Shown: in pieces, positions 39,609 through 60,268 of the stretch
Layout: each line of letters begins with the position of its first letter
Numbering within the stretch: position 1 is the stretch's first letter
NCBI RefSeq assembly: GCF_009914755.1
Contig: NC_060938.1
Source of the DNA: the human T2T-CHM13v2.0 reference genome, Homo sapiens
DNA: 64,000 bases
Direction: 5' to 3' (one strand)
Translations under genes and position numbers: made by a program
Notes under the pieces: model-generated
What the model was told of the DNA's origin: nothing
Databases searched by the model: none
Seen by the model: only the letters and a program-made list of their open reading frames with translations

Positions 39609-39940
39609 CGAGAACAGGACTGAGCTCCAGATCTGGGCTGTTGTGGGACATAACAGGGACCCTTCATGGGGACAGCAAGAAGATTTGCAGCCTGACCTAA
39701 TTCAGAGGAAGGAGGATCCTCGCCTCCAAAATCACTATGACTATCGGAATATCCTAGGAGATCACAGAAGTAACGGAGTGGGTGTGAGACCTTTTGCAAA
39801 TGTGTGTACTCATACAGTGCAAAGGCACACCTCCCAGGGGGCCATCAGAATGCAGACCCCACTTCTATGCTCACAGAACTTTGGCTGCTACAAAGGCCTG
39901 CCAGTTAAAATTCTAAGCCTCTATTTTGATTCCTTGCTCT

Positions 39941-40518
39941 TGTAGGAGACAACATTTCTAAAATGATTCCCAAAAGATGTCCAAATCCCAGGAACCTCTG
40001 AATATTATGGGATTTCAGTTCCGTGATTGTGTTCTGTTTCAAGACAGGGAGATTATCCAGGTCTGCCTGCCCTAATCATGTGGGCCTTTGAGGGCAGAGG
40101 GCTGTCTCTGGATAGTAGCAGAGGAGAAAGTCAGAGATTCAAAGGACGATGCACTGCGGCTGACTTTGAAGATGGAGCGGGGAGTTTGAGAAGAACATGG
40201 GGGCATCTACTTACAGGGAGCGGATTCCAGATAGCAGCGAACAAGGGAACAGGGATCTCAGTCCTACAGCCATGAGGAATTGGATTTTGGCAACAACCTG
40301 AATGGGTTTAGAAGTGGGCTCTTCCCCAGCACCTCTAGATAAGAGCCCAGTGTGGTTGATATATTGACTTCAGCCGCGTGAAAACCTAAGCAGAGAGCTC
40401 AGCTGAGCCTGCCGGACTCTGAACCATGAATTCCACAGAACCGTGAGCTAATAAATGGGTGTGTTTAAGCCACTAAGTTTGTAGTGACTTGTTACAGAGG
40501 AATAGAAAACTAATATAC
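39941..40518 (+). mobile_element. MLT1E/D-like MaLR LTR
   Basis: GGGAGATTATCC, GACTTTGAAGATGGA, CTCAGTCCTACAGCC, TTTAAGCCACTAAGTTTGTAGTGACTTGTTAC...ATAGAAAACTAATA. Confidence 0.85.
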
Positions 40519-40578
40519 CTCTCATGCCCTGCCCAATGTTGACCTCCTCAGCAGCACCTTCTAGCCCTCTAGCCCTAA

Positions 40579-41180
<602 letters not shown>

Positions 41181-41922
41181 CCATGTACTCTTTTATTATG
41201 GCATGCTTTAGCTGGGACCCCTTTGTTTAGCCTCTCAATATTTGACATACTCCACTTACCCTATCTGATTCCAGGCTTGGCCTCCCTTGGACTCTTCTGC
41301 CCAGGGGCGATTCCTGAGCATTCCCGCAGGACCTCTGATGTATGTGTACCTCTTCCCTCCAGTTGTTATAGTATGTAGCAAACCTAGACTGATGTCCTGT
41401 GTATAATGGGTTTGTGACATTTGTTACCCATATCCCCAACACCTATCATGGTGCTCAGCATATAGTAGATGCTCAATAATATGAGTTGATGATGCTGATG
41501 ACTAGAGAGGGAAGAAAATCTCCAGATCATCCACCTCAAACATTCCCAGTGTTGGCGTTTGATGTTCTCACTGTGTTGAACTATGTGCAATTTGCAGAAG
41601 CCACCGTGGTCTGCCTTGCCTCTGAGTTCCTCCATCCCTAACTTGCTTTTCTCCATCCTCACCCCCTGTATCTTCCTCCTTCTTTCAACTGGCTAAATCT
41701 TCTTATTCTTCAGGTCTCAGCTAAATATGACATTCTTTGAGAATCTTCTCTGGTCTCCCAGTTCAAGAATAGGCCCTCTTTTGTTCCCTGGCAGTACCCC
41801 ATCAATACAATTGTCTTTATAATTGTACCTGTTATTCTCTACTAGACTATAAGTCTAGAATAACAGAGAGATGTTTTCTTTTTTTTTTTACTTTTGAAAC
41901 TCCAGCACCTGACACAGAGTAG

Positions 41923-42257
<335 letters not shown>

Positions 42258-42791
42258 ATGGTTCTTAATTACTTGGGTATCTTGTTAAAGTGCAGATTCC
42301 TTCTTGGATCTGGGTAGCACCTGAGCGTCTGCATTTCTAAAAACGTCCAGATGATGTTGATGCTGCTGGTTCATGAGTCACACCTGGAGTAGCAAGGTAA
42401 TTGGATACACACTCCCACCATTACCTCCATTACCTCACAGTGGTGAAAAGTTTGCATTTAAGAGAAGCTTAACAGGGTTTGGGGTGCAAATAATGGCCAC
42501 TGGACAACAGCTCCCCCGTCATTGCTAAGGCAGCTGACTCATTTACAGAGGTGAAGCCAGTAACCTTGGCCTTATTAGTAACCGAGCTAACTGCCACAAA
42601 TGAATAAATAACAACATTTGGCTGATTTGCATTTCAAAACGGTTTCCTTCCCTTGCTCACACTCTGGTGGAGGTACTAATGAACCATGAAATATCTAAAA
42701 CATTGGCAGCAAGGAGGAAAAGAAGAAGCATTGACTCATGCCTGAAGAATAATGATCTTCAAAAATCAAGAGCTATTAAATGCAATGTCAT

Positions 42792-43113
<322 letters not shown>

Positions 43114-43340
43114 CAATGTCATATCCAGGGTTGGATCCTGGAACAGGGAAAAAAACATTAGAAGAAAAACCGGTGAAATCAGAATAAAGCAGGGAGTTTA
43201 GTTCCTAGTAATGTACCAGTGTGGGTTTCTGAGTTTTGACAAATGTACCATGGTAATGTAAGAATGCAGGAGAAACTGGATAAAGGGTATATGGGAACTC
43301 TCTGTGTTACCTTTGCAATTTCTCTGTAAATCTAAAATTA

Positions 43341-43745
<405 letters not shown>

Positions 43746-45006
43746 TTATAAATATAAAACAATTGCCATTGATTTAACAATAGGTTGGAAATGTGTATTC
43801 ATGGAAAAGATTCTCTATCCAAACCTAAGTAGCAATCAAGGAAGGGATCAGATTGTGGCTGGTCCCAAGAATGTACCTGGCAATGTGGCATACCAGTGGC
43901 ACCAACACTCCAGAAGTGCTTTGCCATATATCATGAATTCCAAGACAGCCTGGCTGCCATTGGTTCCTGATTCCTATTTTTCTTTCTTGAGGATATCAGG
44001 AACTTCTTCCATGCTTGGAAGAAATGTCTTTGTATGTTTGTTTGTTTATGTAACAATATTATCTTAAACACTTGGTCATGGCATCACATTTTGCCTCAAC
44101 TGTATTTCTCTGTATTCTTATATACTAGAGACATTAAGTCTGGTGAGACCACGGACTTGAACTTACCCATCATTGCATGTCCAGCACCTGACTCCAAACG
44201 AGGCTCATTACAGGTGCTTAATAATTATTTGTTGGATGGATGAGTAAATGAGGTAAGTCAACGTTTGAAGTAAATTCCTGCCTAAAAAGCATGCATTTTC
44301 CAATGATATTCATTATGCAATTATACCCCTTTGATGGAACTTTTTCTTCAAATCTTGTAAAAACTTACCAATAGCCCTTTTCCAGTTCCTTCCGGTGAAT
44401 TCATAGAAAGTCGTGAAGACCTTATTAACTCTTGTAGAAACTATAACCTTAACTAAAACAGTGCACAGTGGGTGTGCTCTGGTCTCAGGAGGCAGCTCCC
44501 CAGGACCTGCACTGAGGCTCAGAGTCTGGGCTGGCCACAGAGGTATGGTCAGAGACTGTGTGGTCAAAGCAGAGTCTACATCGTGTTTGTGGCAGGCATT
44601 TATTGCTTTGTCTGTCCTACAGTACCTGCTTTCTTGAGGAAGCTGCTCTTACCCCACTTCAATGTGGTGGGAAAGGAACTCTTAGTTCACTCGTCTCCCT
44701 GGTAGACCAGTGACCCCTGCCAGGCCAATCACAGACTTCTCTGTGGTTTTAAAACTTGGGGCTAGAGGAGAAGGGCTTTTGCCTTTTAGAACATGGGATT
44801 GGGAGGATGTGAGTCAAGGGCAGCTGTCAGCCACCTTCCCTGCCACGTGGAGAATATCTACAGGAGAAAAGAGGGGACTCAGCCAGGACATGGAAACGGA
44901 GAGAGGAAGAAATAACTAATATTCATGTTTGAGTGCCTGGATGCAATTGTACTTTAGACTAACTCAACCCCCTGGACTTCCCAATTATGACAGCCAACAT
45001 GTGCCC

Positions 45007-45333
45007 TTTTTCTTTTCTTTTTTTTCTTTTTTTTTTGTTTTGTTTTTTGAGACAGGGTCTGGCTCTGTCACCCAGGTTGGAGTGCAGTGGCATGATCTTG
45101 ACTCACTGTAACCTCCGCCTCCTGGGTTCAAGGAATTCTCGTGCCTCAGCCTCCCTAGTAGCTGAGATTACGGGCATGCTTCACCACACCCTGCTAATTT
45201 TTTATTGTATTTTTAGTGGAGATGGGGTTTTGCAATGTTGGCCAGGCTGGTCTCGAACTGCTGGCCTCAAGTGATCTGCCCACCTCGGCCTCCCAAAGTT
45301 CTGGGATTACAGGCATGAGCCACTGTGCCTGAC
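45007..45333 (-). mobile_element. AluS inside an LTR33/LTR16-like relic
   Basis: TSD ATGTGCCCTTTTTCTT. Confidence 0.9.
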
Positions 45334-45547
45334 CTATGTGCCCTTTTTCTTAGGCTGATTTGGGTTTCTATCAGTTACCATAGAGAGTTCTGACTGCTAC
45401 TATAATCCTGGAGGAAAATGTGCAGTTTCTTTCTCATCCCTAATGGGAAATAGGATACGCACTTCCACGGTTACTTCACAGTGGCAAAACGTTTGCATTG
45501 CTCATCCAGGGAACCAGCAATGTGGGCCTCTGCTTGGACTTGGTGCT

Positions 45548-45955
45548 GTGACAGAGATAGCCAGCTGTCCACCCAAAATTGAAGCCCTTACTACCATTGC
45601 ATGTCATTGTCACTGGGGGTGGCACCTCACCACAGACTATATTCCCCATCTCCTCTTGCATTTAGGTGGGGATCCATGATTAGCTCTCACCAATGGAATA
45701 TGAGTAGAAATGATGTGTATCACTTCCAAGAGGCAGTTAAAAAGTGGGGATTCCTTTGCCACTCTCTCCTTTTTGCTCCCCACCAGCTGGATAAAGAAGA
45801 TTCTGAGGCCCTGGAAGATGGCTGAGCCACAGGTGGAAAAAGGCTAGGACCAGGACAACTTACATTTGACTGTTATGTAAGTGAGAAACAAACTTTCATT
45901 ATGTTAAGCTGCTGAAATGTTGGGAATTTTTTTTTTCAGATTATAGCTGTTGACT
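45548..45955 (+). mobile_element. Old MLT1 (I/J-like) LTR
   Basis: CACCAATGGAATATGAGTAGAAATGATGTGTATCACTTCC; GTGAGAAACAAACTTTCATTATGTTAAGC. Confidence 0.7.
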
Positions 45956-46242
45956 TCTAATATTATTTGATAGTTGAGGCTGCTACAATTACCTACTGCT
46001 CGTGGATTCCATTACTGGACCAAGAAGCACACAAAGTAAGGGCAATTGCCCAAAGATCGGACCACTTAAGTTAGTCATGAGCCATATCTGCAAGCGAAGT
46101 CCTTCTCATTAAAGGAACAAAGATAATGTGCCGGCAACCTGACACAGGAACTTAGTTCATACCACATTAACCGCCTTTTGTTGTTTCTGCCATGCTCTAG
46201 TTAAGGCCAAAGTGGATATTATTGTGATTATCATTTTAACAG

Positions 46243-46542
46243 TTATTTATTTATTTGTTTATTTTTTGAGACAGGGTCTCACTCCCAGGCTGGAGTGCAG
46301 TGGCATGTTCTTGGCTCACTGCAACCTCCACCTCCTGGGCTTAAGCAGTTCTCTTGCCTCAGCCTCCCAGCAGCTGGGACTACAGGTGCATGCCACTGCA
46401 CCCAGCTAATTTTTGTATTTCTTGTAGAGATTGGGTTTCACCATGTTGCCCAGGCTGGTCTCAAACTCCTGAGCTCAGGTGATCCACTCGCCTCGGCCTT
46501 CCAAAGTGCTGGGATTACAGGCATGAACCACCACGCCTGGCC
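46243..46542 (-). mobile_element. AluS
   Basis: Reverse full Alu. Confidence 0.92.
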
Positions 46543-47269
46543 TATTATCATTTTTTTAGGGATGCGTTTGTTATAGCAGCTAGCAGTACTCTGGCTAATA
46601 CATTTCCAATGCCCGGAGCTGGGTTGAGTTGAAGATTTTGTAAGTAGAAGCATAAGCAAAGTTTAAACTCCATCTTGAGAGAGGCCAAGCGTCACAGCAA
46701 GAAGAGCTGAACTCTGTGGTGAAGTCCAAGGGATGATTTCAAGGATGGAAACAAAAGAGAAAGTTGAAGGGTCAGCAACCAGGTGGGACCTGAAAGAAGT
46801 GGGGAGTGGGAAAAAAGATCGGGGACAGATATAAAGTGAGAGCAGACCAAGTGGAGGGGCCTGTGGTTTGGTTTTTGTGGCTTCCAGCAGCCCGGAGCAT
46901 GGGTGTGTCTTCCTGGTTTGGCGGGGCAGGGGCAGGGTGGGCAGGGAGCACAGGTAACCTGGTGGTGGTGGTGGGAGGGAATGGTACCAGGTGTCGGTCC
47001 AGGAGGATGAGTTGAATCCACAAACAAGAAAGCAGTCATGACGTCGGAACCTCCAAGGCTTGGGAACATGTTGGGATGTAGGGCAGGAAATAGGTCAAGG
47101 CAAGTGGTTCAGAACCAATGACTGAGGTATTTTGGAAGCCTCATTCTCTGTGGAGTCTTAGGAATAGGCCCGGTAGGTAAAGGAAAGGAAAGTAGAGAGC
47201 TAGGTGGGGCTGAAGCTCAGGGAGGCACCCAGGCCTCATTCAAAGGGGGTCTTGCTGCTCAGGTCCTGT

Positions 47270-47485
47270 CTATTGTTGCCACGTGAACCTGCAGCCCCCT
47301 TGTCTTCATATCTTCCAATTTTTCAAGAAAAGCAGGAAATCTGGATTTTTGTGTGTGAAATCTACTGATTTTTAAATGTTGGCAACTAATTCAAAATTTA
47401 AAAAACAACAACATGTAGGCCAAACAAAACACACTTGCGGGCTGAATTGGTCCATCCAAGCTGCCAGTTTTTGGCCTCCAGCTTA
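47270..47485. mobile_element. MER103-like hAT relic
   Basis: TTTTTCAAGAAAAGCAGGAAATCTGGATTTTTGTGTGTGAAATCT...AAATGTTGGCAACTAATTCA. Confidence 0.7.
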
Positions 47486-48324
47486 GAGGAAATGGGCAGA
47501 ACCAAAGGCATGTAAAAAACAAAAACCAAAACCATGCAAGCCGTTCAGTTTCCTCCGACTTCCAAGCACCACGAGATACTATTGGAAAAAGAGCCTTGTG
47601 ATAACTGCTAACTAAAACACAATACCTTGGGTCTTCAGAAAAGCCACAGGCCCTGGAGGTTGCCAGAGATATACCTTGTAGCTCCCCATGTCTGTTGCAG
47701 TTTCCTTAAAATTGGATCTCCAGCTTTGATGGAGTGAACTAATTTTCTTTACTCTTTCTATCAGGTGCATCAGTTTTGAGGCTTACTCTCTTTTCTGAAA
47801 GCCGTCAGCTCTATCTTGACCCCTGAGTTTCCAGTAAAAGCAATCGCTTGGGTGAAGGCAATGCAGAGAAAGAGCACTTGAACCAAATAAGAGTTTGACT
47901 TAACTAAATTTTATGATAGGAAATGCTTCCAGGCCAAAAACCTCAAAAGCGATCAAAGGTTTTCAAAGACTGGATCCAGTGAGTACAGTTTATTAACCCT
48001 GGCCTGTGTCCGGGCCAAGGTCATGCCCAGAGGATGTGGCAAATGCAGGATCTGATTTTTTTTTAATGTGGTCTTTTAGAGGGTATATATTGACATTCCT
48101 GGTTGCCCAACTTAGTATCTTAGTGTAAGGCTCTGCACATCCTAACGGTCCTGTTTGCCCGGGACTAAGATATTTCCTGGGATGTGGGACTTGGCAGTGC
48201 TAAAACTGGGACAATATTGGGCAAACTAGGACGTTGGTCATCTTACACCCTAGAGGCCTTTTCTCAGTGTTCATGCTATGAAGCTTTGAAACCTTTTTAT
48301 TGTCCCTTTAAAAAATAAAACCTA

Positions 48325-49020
<696 letters not shown>

Positions 49021-50017
49021 AGCAGAGCAAAACACACTTCACTCTAAACTGCAATAGTGCTGAGCTCTCCTGGCTTTCTTCCTATTTCTCCAGTTGTTCT
49101 TACTCATCTCCTTGGCTGCTTTCTTAGCCTCCTCCTACCTTTCATCTCTGAATTGCACCTCAAGGTTTAGCCGGTGGGCTTCTGTTCTATTTTCTGCCCT
49201 TCTCAGTGGACTCACCTTTACATGGAAGACTTCCACATTTAGTTCTTGAGCTCATATTCTCACCTAAGATCCAACCCTTCAGCTCCAACAACTTCATAAA
49301 CATTTTCCACTGGGATGCCCTGATCACCTCATGTCCTGAGTCATTGTCTTCCAGACCAACCCAGCTCCCACTCACTCACTTAGTGTCCTCTTCCATTAGA
49401 GGCAGTACCATTTTTTTCAAGCCTTCTGTCTCAAAATGCCATACTAATCCCAAATTAGCATCCACGTACTATGAGTGTATCCACAGCAACTACTACACTG
49501 CAGGGCACATTTGAAGGGCTCAGTGGAGGCTTGTCGAATCAAAGCAGCTCTTGGGAAGAGAGTCAAAGGAGGAGGACATGCAATAGCATTTTACCAGAGG
49601 CTCAAGATACCCAAGTAAATACCCAGGATTTGCAGGGAGAAGTAAAGCAAAGACCTGGCAAGTGTTATCACTGCAGCCATAGTTAATTCAAATGTTCATG
49701 GATGCAACTTCAACTATAGACATTTGACCACCTGTTAGTTAAATGAACCAGAATGTTATTAAATTTTTAGTTCACTTTGTCTTGTGTTGATATACTTTCA
49801 GGCATGGTCAAGCTTCCAGACAATTACAAGGGTTAACATAACAAATATGGATCCTATTCTTTTGTTTTATTTGCCAGATTCCTGACAGAAGAGTCTATGT
49901 CTAATTACCAAGTGCTCGGAATCAGAGCAAAGCTAGTGGCCAGAATCCAGATTTTTCTCCTTCCATCCCCTATCCTTTCCCATATGCTTTTTTTTTTTCC
50001 TTAAAAATACGAAAAGT

Positions 50018-51320
<1,303 letters not shown>

Positions 51321-52033
51321 CACTTGATTCTTTTACTCAGAAATGAACATGGAGCAATTTACGTGCACCGGTAAAATGCGGCTACTCTCGGAGTCCCTTT
51401 GGGCCATACCCCAGCCAGGGAAGTTCCCAGAGATGGGAGCAGAGGATTATCTCCAGGCAGTGCTCAAGGTGAGACATGAAAGCCCAATCAATCAAGGAAA
51501 CTCTAATTGGAACCATTACCTTACCTAAGCAGACTCTCTTTTGGAAGCTCACCCTGCACGCAGGTAGGTGCCTCTGGGATCTTTTGCCTTCCTCAGGAGG
51601 TATGGGATGGAGGGTGCTGGAGAGGGAAGGTTGGCCGGCTTCCGAGACACAATTAGAATGGCCTGAGTCAGCAGAGCTGCTCTAGGCCTTGGGGATTTCC
51701 ATGGGGAACTGTGTGGACAGAATTCCCCCGGGATGGTGGTCTAGACAGGGCTCACCCTTCCCTCTGCTCACCAGGAGCTTCTGCTTCCCCTTTAGGAAGA
51801 GGAAACACCCTGGCTGTTTATTTCGGGGCTGTAGGATCTGTTGTGAATGAGCCCCAGGATGGGCCGCAGGATGTCTTTCTTCCCTGGTGAGACATTTTAG
51901 GAAGTGCACCGAGCTGGCAGCAGCCGTGCGAGATGGAAGTGGTGTGCCACGTGGGCAGGTGCACCAGCAGAGCAATTAGTGAAACAAAGGAAGGAGAATG
52001 CCTGAGATTAAGTCCAGCAACTAAGAAAATGTA

Positions 52034-52939
<906 letters not shown>

Positions 52940-54335
52940 TCAGGGAGAGATCAGAATCATGGAAGATTTTGAGCACTTTGAAAGAAAGATATTTTAGAAG
53001 TTCTTTAGTTGTAATATTTTGCCCTTTTGGGAAAAAACACATTGCAGAAAATACAGAAAAATCACAGATAAATATAATTCACAATTCTGCCACCTAGAGA
53101 AAATCTACCTTTAACATTGTAATGTCTGTTTTTTAGTCTTTCTATACATATACATACTTACAAAATATGACATACGTGTGTATATATACATACATATACA
53201 CATACGTATACATATATAACTTTTAAAAATGTTAGCACTTGTGCTGTCTGGGGAGCCAGGAGGGAGACAGTGGGGAGAGCCACTTTTAGGTGGCCTGGCC
53301 CCTGCTCTCTGACTCTAGTTATAGGAGATCCGGAAGCATTTCCCCAAGTACAAGCCAAGGCAAGTTCCTGGGGCCCTGTCTGTTCATTGAATCACTGGAC
53401 CAGGGGAGGAGCCATGAGCAGAGAGCCCCCAGTCTCTGGGGGTCCTGCCTCCCTGGATCCCACATAAACAGAGGAGCAGCACCCACAGCCTCCTACTCTT
53501 CCTGCTCCCTTCTCATTCTTACCCTTTTTTGGGGAAGTCCAGGACCCCAAGAATCCTGGGTCTCACTCATCCCCTAAAAAAACCTTAGCCCTGGGGCAAC
53601 GATTTCCCTATTGTCCCAGCCCCACCTGCGGGGAGTACCAAAAGTACAAGAATTACCCAACCAGTGAGTGGGTCAATCGGGTTCTCCCTGGGGAGTATGA
53701 CACTCCCCGACGAGCAAGGGAAGTACACTCACTCCCCAGGACGGCTCCGCAGACGCAGACCGAAGCTTATGGTGGGAGGGTGCATTCTAGGAAGAGGAAA
53801 TGGGTAAGGACATTCACTATGCATTAGCTCACCACTGACCCTTCATGCACCTTCTCATTTAACTTTGAAATGAAATGCTCAGGATGTTATTGTCATGGCC
53901 ATTTTACAGACGAGGAACCTGAGGCTGGTGCTGAAGCTTCTGAAGTAAAACTGTGTGAGCTTGGCTGACTCCACCTGGTGTCATGTATGCCCACACTGCT
54001 GTTCACTAGCTGGAACCCCCGACTGCCTCCTCCCCGTCACTGGTGCCCCTTAGTCTGTAAGAGTGGCCTTCCTTCTCTCAGGAATCATCCTTGACTCTTT
54101 CCCTCAGCTCCACATCGAATCCGTCAGCAAGACCCATCCACTCTGCCTCCAACACATCTCCTGTGTCTTCCATTTCTCTCCATCTTTGCTGCTCCTACCT
54201 GGCCTAAAACACCATCATTCTTTCCTAAACTTTTGCAATTGCCTTTTCATTGGTCTTCCTGCCACCACATGCCTTATTTTCCACACCACAGCCAAAATGA
54301 TCTTTTATTTTTTAAAAAGTATTTTTATTTATTAA

Positions 54336-55142
<807 letters not shown>

Positions 55143-55637
55143 TGCAAAATGATCTTTTAAACAGATTGTATCACTCCCCTGCAAAGCCTCCAATGGATTC
55201 CAGACAAACCTTCAACAAAACCCTTAATCCCTACAGGATGTGGCCTCTGCTTGCTTCTCAGACCTCACTCCTGCCACTTCCCCCACCCCCACACTCTAGC
55301 CACACTGCCTTTCTCTCTGTTCCTCAAACAGTCAAGCTGGCTCTGCCTTAGGGACACTGCAGTTGCTATTCTTTCCATCTGGACTGCTTTTCTCACTCAG
55401 TTTCCCACGGCTGGTTCCTTCTTGCCATTCAAGACGCAGTATAAAGGTCACCTTCTCAGAGAGGCTCTCCCTAACCACCTGTTCTAAGTAGCCACTTAAT
55501 CACTTGCTATCACATTCACCTGTTTTAATTATTTGCATACCACCTATCACTATGGGGTTTTTTCTTTCTTTCTTTCTTTTTTTTTTTTTTGCCCCAGGTA
55601 ATCTGCAGTAATGTGCTCTTTAAAATTTTGTCATTTT

Positions 55638-58095
<2,458 letters not shown>

Positions 58096-58800
58096 CTAGT
58101 GAGTAGAAGCTAGACCGACCCCATAGGGATATAAAGGTCCTGTTCAACATTCGAGACTTGATCCTCCACTGCTTCAGGAGGATGCAGGAAGGATTCTTGA
58201 GGCAGATGGTCTAGGAACCAGGCCCTGAAGGTTGGTGAGAATTGCAACAGGGAAAGGTAGCCCCAAAAGGTATTCCTGGTGAAGGTAACAGAGTGAACTC
58301 TGATCCAGAGGGACAGAGTCCAAGGTGCTGAGGAAATAGAGTGGCCTGGCATGGGAGGAGCCTGGCAGGGGTGGTGCATGCAGGGGTGTAGGGGGCAATA
58401 AGCCTAGATAGCAAGGTCAGAGACAACACCAGACATGGCATGCTAAGGAGTTTGGACTTTATGCCACAGACAATGGGGAGCCACTGAAGATTTTTTGATT
58501 ATTAGAGAGATAGGACCAGAGCTGGCCCTTAGGAAGGTTGGATTTGGTGGGGAAATCAGGCAGGAGAATACTATTTATTTATATGAGAGGCAACATGGGT
58601 TTGATTTTAATACTCAACAATGTAATGAGTGCATGGTACCTGCCAATACTGAAAACTGGAGGGGCAAAGAGAAAAAAGGGACTGCCCCTGTCCTGTCCCA
58701 TGGAGCTCGTAGATGACTAAACTGACAATGATGATACAGTGTGATGTGGTAGTGATATGACCAGCATGTTATGGGTGCCCTTAAGAAAGGGGGCCACTGA

Positions 58801-59433
<633 letters not shown>

Positions 59434-59955
59434 CTACTGAACTCAGCCTGAAGTGGGGCAGCGGTCAGCAAAGTCTTGTGAATGAATGGTGAGTTACCAG
59501 GAAAAAGGGTGAAGAACAGTATTCCAGGCAGCAGCTGCACGTGTAAAAAGCATGGAGTGGTGAGAGCAGAGTGGCTCAGCCTGGGCTGAGGATGAGGAAG
59601 CCAGTGCTGTGACTACAGAGGAAGCCAGAAAGAAAGCAGGGGACAGACCACGAGGACTTTGCATGTCATACTAGTTTGTTTCTTATCATTAAAGCCATGG
59701 ATCCCTCCTCCCTAAATGAATAATCCCACCTTTTTCCCTTTGTTCCCACAGTCCTGGGAGGAGGAGTAGCTGTTTCCTGCAGTTGCTGCCTCAGTGATAC
59801 CTCAGTGTTCTCTTTGTCATTTCACTTTCCAAGTTGAAGTTAACAATTCTTTTTTGTTTTGGACCTAGTAAACAATTCTTTATCTTAAATTGACCCTGTT
59901 ACAATGTGTTACAATAGCTGGTGTGATTTCAGTTCCCCGTCTGGACCTTGACTGA

Positions 59956-60268
<313 letters not shown>

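Noticed and set aside
44313-44567. 84-aa minus-strand ORF with an internal TTG|GTAAGT donor-like site
   Set aside because: No recognisable domain, no convincing acceptor, non-ATG start; compatible with chance.
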